64,000 nucleotides of DNA from the IMG/VR virus record IMGVR_UViG_3300044701_002789, positions 124,001-188,000 of that record; one strand, 5' to 3'. This document shows positions 19,776 to 27,418 of this stretch, piece by piece (position 1 is the stretch's first letter; every line of letters starts with the position of its first letter). Under the pieces are notes generated by a model that saw only the letters and a list, made by a program, of their open reading frames with translations, made no database searches and was not told the DNA's origin. The position numbers and the translations under genes were made by a program.

Positions 19776-19960
19776 GCCTCGGAATCCGGCAGGATGCCCC
19801 AGACGATTTCAAACCCGCCGATGTCGGAATCGCTCAGGCGGTTGACGCCCAGGTAGGCGCTGCCGATGCTCACGGCGAGCACCTCATCCCGCAGGCGGGC
19901 GCGGGTGTTGATCGAAACGTAGAAAGCGCGGCGCAGGATGCTGGGCGTGCGGATGATCAT
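19769..19960 (-). CDS. Hypothetical protein
   Basis: Own promoter (TGCTACGAT) about 19985. Confidence 0.7.
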   Translation of the reverse strand: MIIRTPSILRRAFYVSINTRARLRDEVLAVSIGSAYLGVNRLSDSDIGGFEIVWGILPDSEAL

Positions 19961-20027
19961 GGCGGTGCGTTGATTGCTTGTGGATCGTAGCATGGCGGGG
20001 GACCCGCTGTGGGTCCCCTAGAGGATC

Positions 20028-20216
20028 TCAGGCGGTCATCTGATCATACCGGATCCACTGACCGTTGACGTAGCACTCTACAACCGGGAGATACCCCAGA
20101 ACAGGAGCGAGGGCGGTTGCTGCCGCCGCTGCCATCGTCGGGGTCTCAAACTTCGCCTCCATTGAGAACCCGTGCTGCAGGCGGGCGTAGAAGCGGGGGG
20201 TGATGTTGAGTGCCAT
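20028..20216 (-). CDS. Hypothetical protein
   Basis: Promoter TTGACG-N17-GATTCT upstream. Confidence 0.7.
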   Translation of the reverse strand: MALNITPRFYARLQHGFSMEAKFETPTMAAAAATALAPVLGYLPVVECYVNGQWIRYDQMTA

Positions 20217-20334
20217 AGCGGAGTGTCGCGTGTTGACCCCTATAGAATCCCACGGATCGGTGCCCGCGTCAACCCCCGAACGATCAGCAACGCTTATCAG
20301 TCACAATGAGTCACAATGCCACGGTGGCGCCCAT

Positions 20335-20460
20335 GATGCGCTAGACTATGGACACAACGGAAGAAGAGCGGGGGCGCCGCGATGATACAAAACAAGTAAC
20401 CTACCCTGCCTGCAAATAATGGTTCATAAAGTATAAAAAAAGGAGGCATTTCTGCCTCCG
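20335..20460 (+). ncRNA. Repeated non-coding element, copy A (putative ncRNA)
   Basis: -10 TAGACT, GGGGGCGCC, GATGATACAAAA, CCTACCCT, A-run plus hairpin. Confidence 0.55.
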
Positions 20461-20471
20461 GTTGATTATAC

Positions 20472-20693
20472 TCAGGGGGTGGGATCGTAACCGTCCACCG
20501 CTTCATTGACAGCGGCGCTAGGTGTCATCCCTTTGTTGTAGGAATCAACCAGACAATCAAGGCACCAACCATCATCGGGGCATCCCATGATGTGCTCGAT
20601 GTAACTATCGCCCATGATGTAGTCGTATGCTTCGTTCCACCAGGCGGGGAAGTTGGCATCATCAAAGCAGGTCTCAGTGGTGATCTGGGTCAT
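20472..20693 (-). CDS. Hypothetical protein
   Basis: Own promoter; GGAG before MTQ start. Confidence 0.7.
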   Translation of the reverse strand: MTQITTETCFDDANFPAWWNEAYDYIMGDSYIEHIMGCPDDGWCLDCLVDSYNKGMTPSAAVNEAVDGYDPTP

Positions 20694-20777
20694 CGGGGTT
20701 CTCCCTTTGGTTGACTTGTCCATTGTAGGGCATGGGGAGGCATCCTGTCGCCTCCCCTTGTGCAGGTTCACAAACCG

Positions 20778-21026
20778 TCACAGCATGGAAACTAGGCGCA
20801 TGAGACTGGATACCTGCACCGGAGTCTGCCATGGCATAATTTCATCCAGCATGTTGCCGCTTGGGCGTATAATTGCCACCTCAAAAGTATCCTGCCCGAT
20901 TGTACCCTTAAGACCGGAACCTTCGGGTCCAGAAACTACAGAAACTCCCCAACCATTGTCAAAGGTACGCTGAGCGATTGTAGCACCTTTGAGACTATGA
21001 TCGCGGAAGGTGAGAGTGGAGAACAT
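20778..21026 (-). CDS. Hypothetical protein
   Basis: Own promoter and GTTCACCAC leader. Confidence 0.75.
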   Translation of the reverse strand: MFSTLTFRDHSLKGATIAQRTFDNGWGVSVVSGPEGSGLKGTIGQDTFEVAIIRPSGNMLDEIMPWQTPVQVSSLMRLVSML

Positions 21027-21101
21027 GGTGCGGTTCGGGTGGTGAACTGAAAGAATTGTAGGGCATGGGAGGGGGGATCGGTGTCCCCCCTTGTGACAGT
21101 T

Positions 21102-21263
21102 TCAGCGTTGGAACTGTGCCATGCTGCTGGGGGCGATGTGGGCGGGCGATCCGCAGGAGCGATAAAATCCTACCATACGCTGCGCCTCCTGAACAGTGGG
21201 GAACCACTGGGAGCGCCACTGGCAGTCCCCGTAGGGGACTTGATAGCGAACCTCAATCCTCAT
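21102..21263 (-). CDS. Hypothetical protein (MRIEVRYQVPYG...)
   Basis: Own promoter TGCCCTACACT. Confidence 0.7.
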   Translation of the reverse strand: MRIEVRYQVPYGDCQWRSQWFPTVQEAQRMVGFYRSCGSPAHIAPSSMAQFQR

Positions 21264-21340
21264 CGGTGTCTGCATGGGTTGGTTGCGACTGGATACAGTG
21301 TAGGGCATGAGAGGGCAGGATCGCTGCCCCCAGTGGACAC

Positions 21341-21670
21341 CTAGGCGACTGTCACAAGGTCACGCCAGGCGCCATAAGTTTCTGACACATTCTCCAGAAA
21401 CTTAATCACTGCAGGATAAACCTCACAGCGCACCCAAGTATAAGAAACTGAAAGAAAGTTCCAAACTTTCTTGATAATCTGAAGGGTAGCATCTTTGCCA
21501 CCATTCTGATACCATTCTTGTGTTTTCTTGAAGATGACATAAACAATGGCGGCGATTGTGAGGCACACGGTTTCTACCGTGTCCATGTAGTTGTTGAAAT
21601 GTTTCTGATAGTTAATGCTCTTAAGATGAGCGATCAGAGCATCAGCGGGGGGGAAGGCGGGGGAGTTCAT
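21341..21670 (-). CDS. Hypothetical membrane protein
   Basis: Hydrophobic segment LTIAAIVYVIF; own promoter. Confidence 0.7.
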   Translation of the reverse strand: MNSPAFPPADALIAHLKSINYQKHFNNYMDTVETVCLTIAAIVYVIFKKTQEWYQNGGKDATLQIIKKVWNFLSVSYTWVRCEVYPAVIKFLENVSETYGAWRDLVTVA

Positions 21671-21804
21671 GATCTTAGGCGACGGGGGGGAATGTAGAGC
21701 GGTGCCCGTCGTTGAAACTACCATAACCGACAGGGAGGCATCCTGCCAAGGGGTCTTGTGCCACCGCTCAGACTGTCCACCTGATGCCACGCTGGGGTCT
21801 GATG

Positions 21805-21930
21805 GGGTGCTATGATTGTCTCACAAGCGAAGAAGAGCGGGGGCGCCGCGATGATACAAAACAAGACACTTACCCTGCTCGTAAATAATAGGATCTTAAG
21901 TATAAAAAAATGGAGGCATTTCTGCCCCCA
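21805..21930 (+). ncRNA. Repeated non-coding element, copy B
   Basis: -10 TATGAT, near-identical core to copy A. Confidence 0.55.
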
Positions 21931-21940
21931 TAAGTTATAA

Positions 21941-22261
21941 TCAGCGAAGAATCATTCCTGATACAAAATCCTCCACAATTCCATCATGTTTGATCTTCCA
22001 TTGAAAGTCTTTCTGATAGACTTTCTTATCACCGCAACCATTCTCAGAAAGAATAGCATTCAGGCGGGACTTTGTGGTGGTTGTCTGATGTCCGCCATCA
22101 TAAAGTTTCAGGAAACCTTCTCCAATCTCAGCGATCAGGTTTCCATAAAGAAACACTCGTGAGATCTCATTTCCTGCTTCATACTCTACACGAGTGTTTG
22201 CAGATTTCCAATCGTAACGATTGGAAATCGCTTTGTTCATTTTGCGTTCGATGACTCGCAT
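21941..22261 (-). CDS. Hypothetical protein
   Basis: Own promoter; TTTKSRLNA motif resembles a common phage family. Confidence 0.75.
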   Translation of the reverse strand: MRVIERKMNKAISNRYDWKSANTRVEYEAGNEISRVFLYGNLIAEIGEGFLKLYDGGHQTTTTKSRLNAILSENGCGDKKVYQKDFQWKIKHDGIVEDFVSGMILR

Positions 22262-22329
22262 GGGGTGAATCCCTCAGGAACAGATCTAAGATAGCAGGGG
22301 GAGGGGGGGTTTCGCAACCCCCCGGTGTG

Positions 22330-22635
22330 TCAGTTGTCGGATTGGTCGGATTGGTCGGATTGGTCGGATTGGTCAGACCGGACCAGGATAGCAGCGACCA
22401 GGCGGTCCCGCTTGCGGATCGCGGTGGGAACCATTTCCCACTTGTGACGCTTGCCATTGGCGCTACGGGTGGCGCTCAGGATGCCTGCATCCTCCATGTC
22501 CACCATCAGGGCATGGATGGTGCCCTTGTGACGCTTCGGGTCCAGTCCCAGATCCCGCACCAGTTCGGAGCAGGTCTTAGAACCGGTCTGAATCAGGTGG
22601 GAGCGGATGCTGGTGCGGATGATGCTGGAAAGCAT
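22330..22635 (-). CDS. Putative winged-helix DNA-binding protein
   Basis: TCSELVRDLGL...TIHALMVDMEDAGILSATR...HKWEM pattern fits wHTH. Confidence 0.55.
   Translation of the reverse strand: MLSSIIRTSIRSHLIQTGSKTCSELVRDLGLDPKRHKGTIHALMVDMEDAGILSATRSANGKRHKWEMVPTAIRKRDRLVAAILVRSDQSDQSDQSDQSDN
22333..22372 (+). repeat. 9-bp tandem repeat (GTCGGATTG) x about 4
   Basis: Directly visible; encodes SDQSDQSDQSD. Confidence 0.95.
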
Positions 22636-22743
22636 GGGGTGTTCGTGTGAACTGAAAGAATCATAGGGCATGGGATGCCACCAGGCAACCACTCCTGACC
22701 AGTTCCCAAACTGGCACACCAGACCCCACACCTGACCCCATCC

Positions 22744-22870
22744 ATGCCTTATACTATGGGGACAATGAAACGAACGGGGGCGCCGTGATGATACAAAACA
22801 AGACACTTACCCTGCACGCAAATAATAACAACAAAAGTATAAAAAAAGGGAGAGGATTTGCCTCTCCCAA
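22744..22870 (+). ncRNA. Repeated non-coding element, copy C
   Basis: -10 TATACT, GGGGGCGCC, CTTACCCT, A-run plus hairpin. Confidence 0.55.
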
Positions 22871-22874
22871 TTAT

Positions 22875-22994
22875 TCATGATTCCTCTTCGTCGTTTATCA
22901 TAACTTGGAAGAGTTCGGCAAGTTCATCATCGCTCATGTCGCTGATAATGATGTATCCTTGCTCTTCAATTTGCTGTTTCAGATCAAAGATCAT
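22875..22994 (-). CDS. Small acidic protein, 39 aa
   Basis: MIFDLKQQIEEQGY...; followed by terminator. Confidence 0.55.
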   Translation of the reverse strand: MIFDLKQQIEEQGYIIISDMSDDELAELFQVMINDEEES

Positions 22995-23034
22995 GAGAGG
23001 TTCGGTGGTGAACTGCAGATAGTGTAGCAGACGA

Positions 23035-23178
23035 TCAGCGGCAGTCGCGGGATGCTTCACAGATCGTAACAGCAACCCGGTCGGCATGTGCCTTGGCAAC
23101 CTGAAGGGCAGACAAACCCAGACCGCTGCCAATGTAGAGCAGGGAACCGATCAGGAGGATGTTAGGGAGGCGTCGCAT
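23035..23178 (-). CDS. Small membrane protein, 47 aa
   Basis: Hand-translated MRRLPNILLIGSLLYIGSGLGLSAL...; directly after leader hairpin. Confidence 0.6.
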   Translation of the reverse strand: MRRLPNILLIGSLLYIGSGLGLSALQVAKAHADRVAVTICEASRDCR

Positions 23179-23240
23179 GGTTCAGTGGTGAACTGAGAGG
23201 ATTCTAGGGCATGGGGACCGTTCCCGGTCCCCTTTGGTGG

Positions 23241-23429
23241 TCACTTTGCAAACAGTCTCCGAAACGCTCCAGCAATCTCCCAAGACTTTAGAATCTGAGG
23301 TTGACCATGAATCAAAACCATTTCCTGATGATTGTAAAGAACCCAGGAGATTTGATCCTTTGGATCTTTATCTTTGTCTTCCAACTTACAGCAAGTTGCG
23401 TAAGTTCTTACCAGTTGTGTGAGAGACAT
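23241..23429 (-). CDS. Hypothetical protein
   Basis: Own promoter and leader hairpin. Confidence 0.65.
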   Translation of the reverse strand: MSLTQLVRTYATCCKLEDKDKDPKDQISWVLYNHQEMVLIHGQPQILKSWEIAGAFRRLFAK

Positions 23430-23549
23430 TGTGGTTCAGGTGGTGAACTGAGATAATCTTATACGGTGTGGGATCTTATGTCAAGGGTTTTCTGATAAGG
23501 ATCTCTTATGATAGGAAAGGGGGCATAAGATTGCCCCCTATTCCTTATC

Positions 23550-24077
23550 TCAGTCCGCCCAACGGATGCCCTTGATCTCAAGATACTCCACCAAACGTGT
23601 AGCGTATTCGCCACAGTGAGGGCAACGGATTTCATGCCGAACGATAGCACGATCCTTGGACTTATCTGCAGGATTATTATAGTTCTTCATTTTGAGGCGA
23701 TAGATTGCGGCAAGAGTGCGCAACAGTTCTTCGATCTTAAGATCCTTTCCGCGATACTTGAAGTAAACGGGGATGAAGTGGCGGAAGTCATTCATCCGGC
23801 GGCACTTGTCAAGTTGAGAAACAATCCAACGCGACTCATCAATGTCGCCCAGGATCTCATTCAGGCAAACCTCAAACGCTGCGTTCGTTGTTTCAATCAC
23901 AGCAACATTTTGTCCGATTTCTTTCATGCGCTCATCATAACGCTGTTGCTGAACAGAAGAAACCTGATCATCAAAAGAAACCTTACGCTGCTCCATGTGT
24001 TGCTGCATGAGCACCATAAGGGCACGCATCTGATCGTCGTTGAAACCGTCAAAGTTGAGAGCAGTGGCGGCAGGCAT
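23550..24077 (-). CDS. Hypothetical protein with C-terminal CxxC
   Basis: Start moved to MPAAT after promoter about 24135; RCPHCG. Confidence 0.75.
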   Translation of the reverse strand: MPAATALNFDGFNDDQMRALMVLMQQHMEQRKVSFDDQVSSVQQQRYDERMKEIGQNVAVIETTNAAFEVCLNEILGDIDESRWIVSQLDKCRRMNDFRHFIPVYFKYRGKDLKIEELLRTLAAIYRLKMKNYNNPADKSKDRAIVRHEIRCPHCGEYATRLVEYLEIKGIRWAD

Positions 24078-24219
24078 GGTAGACTCTGGGATTGGGTTTG
24101 CTGGCGGTCGGGGTGTTTCCCTCCCGCCGATGCACATAGTATGCCACGGGGGAACCCACCCCAGCAACCAGGATTGTGCCACTGCCCAAACCGTCCTCAG
24201 GTGGCACAGCAGACCCCCA

Positions 24220-24350
24220 TCATGCCCTATACTATGGGGACAACGGAATGAGGAGCAGGGTCGCTCTGATGACATAAAAGGTCGCCACTTACCCTTCTTT
24301 ATTATAATTATTACAAAAGAATAAAAAAGAACCCCGAAGGGTTCTTTATA
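24220..24350 (+). ncRNA. Repeated non-coding element, copy D
   Basis: -10 TATACT, CTTACCCT, A-run plus hairpin at the same spacing. Confidence 0.5.
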
Positions 24351-24354
24351 AGAA

Positions 24355-24513
24355 TCAGACTTCATCGGTTGGGTCTAAGATCTCTACCCATGCGTTAGGA
24401 TAGCGTTCTGCCCAATAATCATACCGATCATCAGCATCATCATAGGTGCCGAAAGTTTCCAGAATCTTGAAGTTTTCGTTCTCAAACTTGGCGATCTTAA
24501 AGAGTTTTGCCAT
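24355..24513 (-). CDS. Hypothetical protein
   Basis: Own promoter and leader hairpin. Confidence 0.7.
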   Translation of the reverse strand: MAKLFKIAKFENENFKILETFGTYDDADDRYDYWAERYPNAWVEILDPTDEV

Positions 24514-24585
24514 GGGAGTTCTGTGGTGAACTGAGAGAATTGTAGGGCATGGGGGTGATCCTGTCACCCCCTAGTGTGCCAGTGG

Positions 24586-25341
24586 TCAGACCGTCACAGT
24601 TTTCTTACTGTAACCTCCGAACTGTTTGTTAGAACGACGGGCACGGATTGCGGCGCCCCATTCTGAACCTTTCGGTTGCGTGCCATGCACAAGCAAAGCG
24701 AACGGTTTATCACCGAAGCAGTGTGAATCATCGTGGTCAACTTCCAGACCCAGACGTTCAGCGTCCGCATCATTCATGCAGACTTTGCTATAACGTGGGA
24801 AGTAACCTTCGTCGATCAGGTAATCAAACCGACCACCATACGATGCGGTCATGTAGAAGTTACTGGGCAACTTGAAGTTAAGAAACAACCGCAGACTCTT
24901 AGAGTAGCAGTAGAACTTAAGATCAGGATTGCGATGGGCAACCTCAATCCATGCGTCAAGATACGCACCAGAGAAGAAGTCTCCAGACTCATGAATGCGC
25001 ACCAATTCTGTTTTCTTAGTGCGATGATGTTGGATGCTGTCGTGGATAAGATCCGCAGCACTGACAGAGTAACCTGGGACAGTTCCGTTCTGCAGAGCAT
25101 CAACAATCAACTCCAGATTGCGGGCGCGATTGTTGAAGACAGCATCATACTGCACCTCAGAAGATGCAGCGAAACACCGAAACTCAGTGTGTTCGCCATC
25201 AACAATCCTACGCTTTCCGTCGTCACCAACGACAGCAAAAGACTTGCAAAACATTGCACCGGGGCATGTCTTACCTGCAGGCAGGTTGAAGATCAGCGTG
25301 TGAGTGCCAAGTTTGGCGTTGCCTTTGGAGAAGTTCAGCAT
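24586..25341 (-). CDS. Gene product 88 (GP88)-like protein
   Basis: SKGNAKL...FNLPAGKTCPGA...C...CFA...VRIHESGDFFS...FYCYSKS. Confidence 0.75.
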   Translation of the reverse strand: MLNFSKGNAKLGTHTLIFNLPAGKTCPGAMFCKSFAVVGDDGKRRIVDGEHTEFRCFAASSEVQYDAVFNNRARNLELIVDALQNGTVPGYSVSAADLIHDSIQHHRTKKTELVRIHESGDFFSGAYLDAWIEVAHRNPDLKFYCYSKSLRLFLNFKLPSNFYMTASYGGRFDYLIDEGYFPRYSKVCMNDADAERLGLEVDHDDSHCFGDKPFALLVHGTQPKGSEWGAAIRARRSNKQFGGYSKKTVTV

Positions 25342-25413
25342 CGGAGGAATCCCGTTGACTTGATCAGTATAAGGGGTGAGAGGGCACCCTTGCGAGTGCC
25401 CTTGTGCCAGTGG

Positions 25414-25698
25414 TCAGACCGTCCAGTTCAGCACTTGACCACGGTAGGCAATCCGACGCACACGGTTAGCGTCAAAGGAACGCCATGCACCGATTCCGTC
25501 ACGTTTCGCAACATCAAAGTCGCGAACACGGAAGATGTCAGGATTATTGCTAGGGCGACCAGTGCCCACAATCTCCTGGCGATCTTTAGGATTAAAACGA
25601 ATCTTCCGAAGCGTACCATCACGCTTCACAAACTCTACAGAAACAATGGTAGAACCTAGAGTAGAAAAGAGTTCGCGGATCTGTTCGGAGCGAGTCAT
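25414..25698 (-). CDS. WYL-like/SH3-fold small protein
   Basis: VSVEFVKRDGTLRKI...VRDFD...AWRSF. Confidence 0.5.
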   Translation of the reverse strand: MTRSEQIRELFSTLGSTIVSVEFVKRDGTLRKIRFNPKDRQEIVGTGRPSNNPDIFRVRDFDVAKRDGIGAWRSFDANRVRRIAYRGQVLNWTV

Positions 25699-25777
25699 GA
25701 GAGTTCAGTGGTGAACGATGTAAATGTAACAGGGCACCTGACCGGAATCAAGTGCCCTTGTGCCACCTGTCAAAGTG

Positions 25778-26035
25778 TCAGACTGTCGCTTCCTTCAGTT
25801 CACCGGAACGGCGAGCATTAAAGACAAGCGAACCAACGCTAGCACCCTGCGCAAGAGTGTCGTTAAGTTTAGTTACGAAACTGCCAGAAGTGCTGACATA
25901 GGTGTAACTTTTGTCGGGATTGGTCTGATAGGCAAGTTCTACCCGATCAGACTGACTGGTAGCACTAATGCTAGCAATCGCCTCAGATTCTTCAGTTGTA
26001 AATGTGCGGTTAATAACAATCATATTCATACTCAA
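25778..26035 (-). CDS. Hypothetical protein, loosely KTSC-like
   Basis: SEAIASI...VELAY...SYTY...ASVGSLV spacing. Confidence 0.5.
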   Translation of the reverse strand: MSMNMIVINRTFTTEESEAIASISATSQSDRVELAYQTNPDKSYTYVSTSGSFVTKLNDTLAQGASVGSLVFNARRSGELKEATV

Positions 26036-26193
26036 AAGTCAATGTAATCAGTTTCAGTAGTTGTACCTGCAGCGACAAGTTCGCCGCCTTCAGTTTCCTC
26101 ATTCATATCTTCCGCGATGCTATCAAGCACAGAGAGAATGTCGTTACCAGTGTTACACTGGTTAAGCATGATCTCAGCAATGGTGAAGTTCAT
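26032..26193 (-). CDS. Small acidic protein, 53 aa
   Basis: Hand-translated MNFTIAEIMLNQCNTGNDILSVLDSIA... Confidence 0.65.
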   Translation of the reverse strand: MNFTIAEIMLNQCNTGNDILSVLDSIAEDMNEETEGGELVAAGTTTETDYIDF

Positions 26194-26306
26194 AATAAAA
26201 ACAAAGGGTTTTCTGATGTGTGCAGTTTATAGTCTTACTCAGGACTATCAAATCTTACAGCACATCAGGATCTTATGTCAAGTCTGATGTGCCAGTTTCT
26301 TATGTG

Positions 26307-26504
26307 TCACACCTTAAGATCCATGATCTCAAGAAACTGCATTCTGATAGGTTCACCATTGACAGTGAAGAAAACAGAACATCTGTCAATCTCAATGTCA
26401 CCATCAACAACACTAAGATCAACATAATGCCCACCATCATTATCAGAAATGTAAGGATTACCTTCAGTTTCATACCCAACATAGTAAAGGGTATCATTGA
26501 CCAC
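26307..26504 (-). CDS. Hypothetical protein
   Basis: Co-directional ORF. Confidence 0.6.
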   Translation of the reverse strand: MVNDTLYYVGYETEGNPYISDNDGGHYVDLSVVDGDIEIDRCSVFFTVNGEPIRMQFLEIMDLKV

Positions 26505-26550
26505 TACAGCATAAGAATCCCCAAGAAGATCATGGAACTTCTGAACAGAA

Positions 26551-26739
26551 TCAGGATACTTCAGATTCGGTGGTCACAGTCTCATCAGTGGACGGTTTCA
26601 CAGGTGGCACACGGAGATTATAAGGACTGTTAAAAAACCTCCTAAAAGAAGTGACCAGAATAATACCCGTTGAAAGAACACCAATAAACCCAAGGATGGT
26701 AACAGCATTACCAGTGAAATCAAGAGTGTCAGGCATCAT
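26551..26739 (-). CDS. Small membrane protein
   Basis: One hydrophobic helix. Confidence 0.7.
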   Translation of the reverse strand: MMPDTLDFTGNAVTILGFIGVLSTGIILVTSFRRFFNSPYNLRVPPVKPSTDETVTTESEVS

Positions 26740-26879
26740 CAGAATTCGTAAGAGGAATCAAGGGGAAGACCAGCGGCAAGATCATCATAATAATCTTCCA
26801 CTTCAAACTTAGTTTCTTCATCATCCCAATCATAAGGAATGACTTCTTCAATCTGCTGTTCAGCAACAAATGGGTCCAT
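26739..26879 (-). CDS. Small acidic protein (MDPFVAEQQIEE...)
   Basis: Start moved downstream of promoter about 26900. Confidence 0.6.
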   Translation of the reverse strand: MDPFVAEQQIEEVIPYDWDDEETKFEVEDYYDDLAAGLPLDSSYEF

Positions 26880-26984
26880 GTCGGTGATTTGCGGACGAAT
26901 CAAATATACCCCATCAGAACCCAACCACACAATACCCCTTGTGCCACTGAACAATCTGACCACTGATCACCCCATCAGACATCA

Positions 26985-27115
26985 GATCCCTTATGATATA
27001 CACATAATCTGATGAGGTCTGGGGTAGGACTTATGATGTAAACAGTCGTAACTTACCCTGCTTAATAATAATCATAAGAATATAAAAAAAGAGTTGGGTA
27101 TAATAACCCAACTCA
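26985..27115 (+). ncRNA. Repeated non-coding element, copy E
   Basis: -10 TATGAT, CTTACCCTG, A-run plus hairpin. Confidence 0.5.
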
Positions 27116-27121
27116 TTCATA

Positions 27122-27382
27122 TCAGGCAATCTGAACACATGCACCTTTTCTTAGTTGAGTGTATGTATTATACGGGTTCTTACCATCATATCCAGAATTG
27201 TAATGATGAATGCCATAATAATAACGGCGTGCATTGGTTTCAGTCATACCAAACTGCTCTCCCATTTCCCGGAAGGATGCTTTAGGATGTTCTTTCCTGT
27301 AATGATTCAGGACACTACACCACATCAAGGCATTTTCAGTGCAGCGAATGCTTTTCTCCGGGTGAAGTTTAATGGTTTTCAT
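27122..27382 (-). CDS. Putative HTH protein
   Basis: ASFREMGEQFGMTETNARRYY. Confidence 0.6.
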   Translation of the reverse strand: MKTIKLHPEKSIRCTENALMWCSVLNHYRKEHPKASFREMGEQFGMTETNARRYYYGIHHYNSGYDGKNPYNTYTQLRKGACVQIA

Positions 27383-27418
27383 GAGGTTCTGATGTGAACA
27401 GTAATAAGATAACAGAGA

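Larger units (their letters stand above)
18000..26000. other. GC-rich island of single-gene early cassettes
   Basis: For example 42/60 G+C at 18961-19020 versus strongly AT-rich structural genes; each gene has its own promoter. Confidence 0.85.

Noticed and set aside
22333-22372. 9-bp tandem repeat as a mini-CRISPR or DGR element
   Set aside because: No spacers and no reverse transcriptase or TR/VR pair in the window.
18833-24365. Longer N-terminal starts in the ORF track (for example 18904, 19304, 21790, 22806, 24365)
   Set aside because: Extensions run through promoters, hairpins and non-coding elements; internal ATGs sit directly after the leaders.
23616-25659. Long plus-strand ORFs 23616-24251 and 24733-25659
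   Set aside because: Antisense shadows of well-supported minus-strand genes in GC-rich DNA; no recognisable motifs.
24266-27015. CTGATGA at 24266 and 27009 suggesting hammerhead ribozymes
   Set aside because: No GAAA after a stem II and no stem I/III with a UH site could be assembled; copies A-C lack the CUGA.
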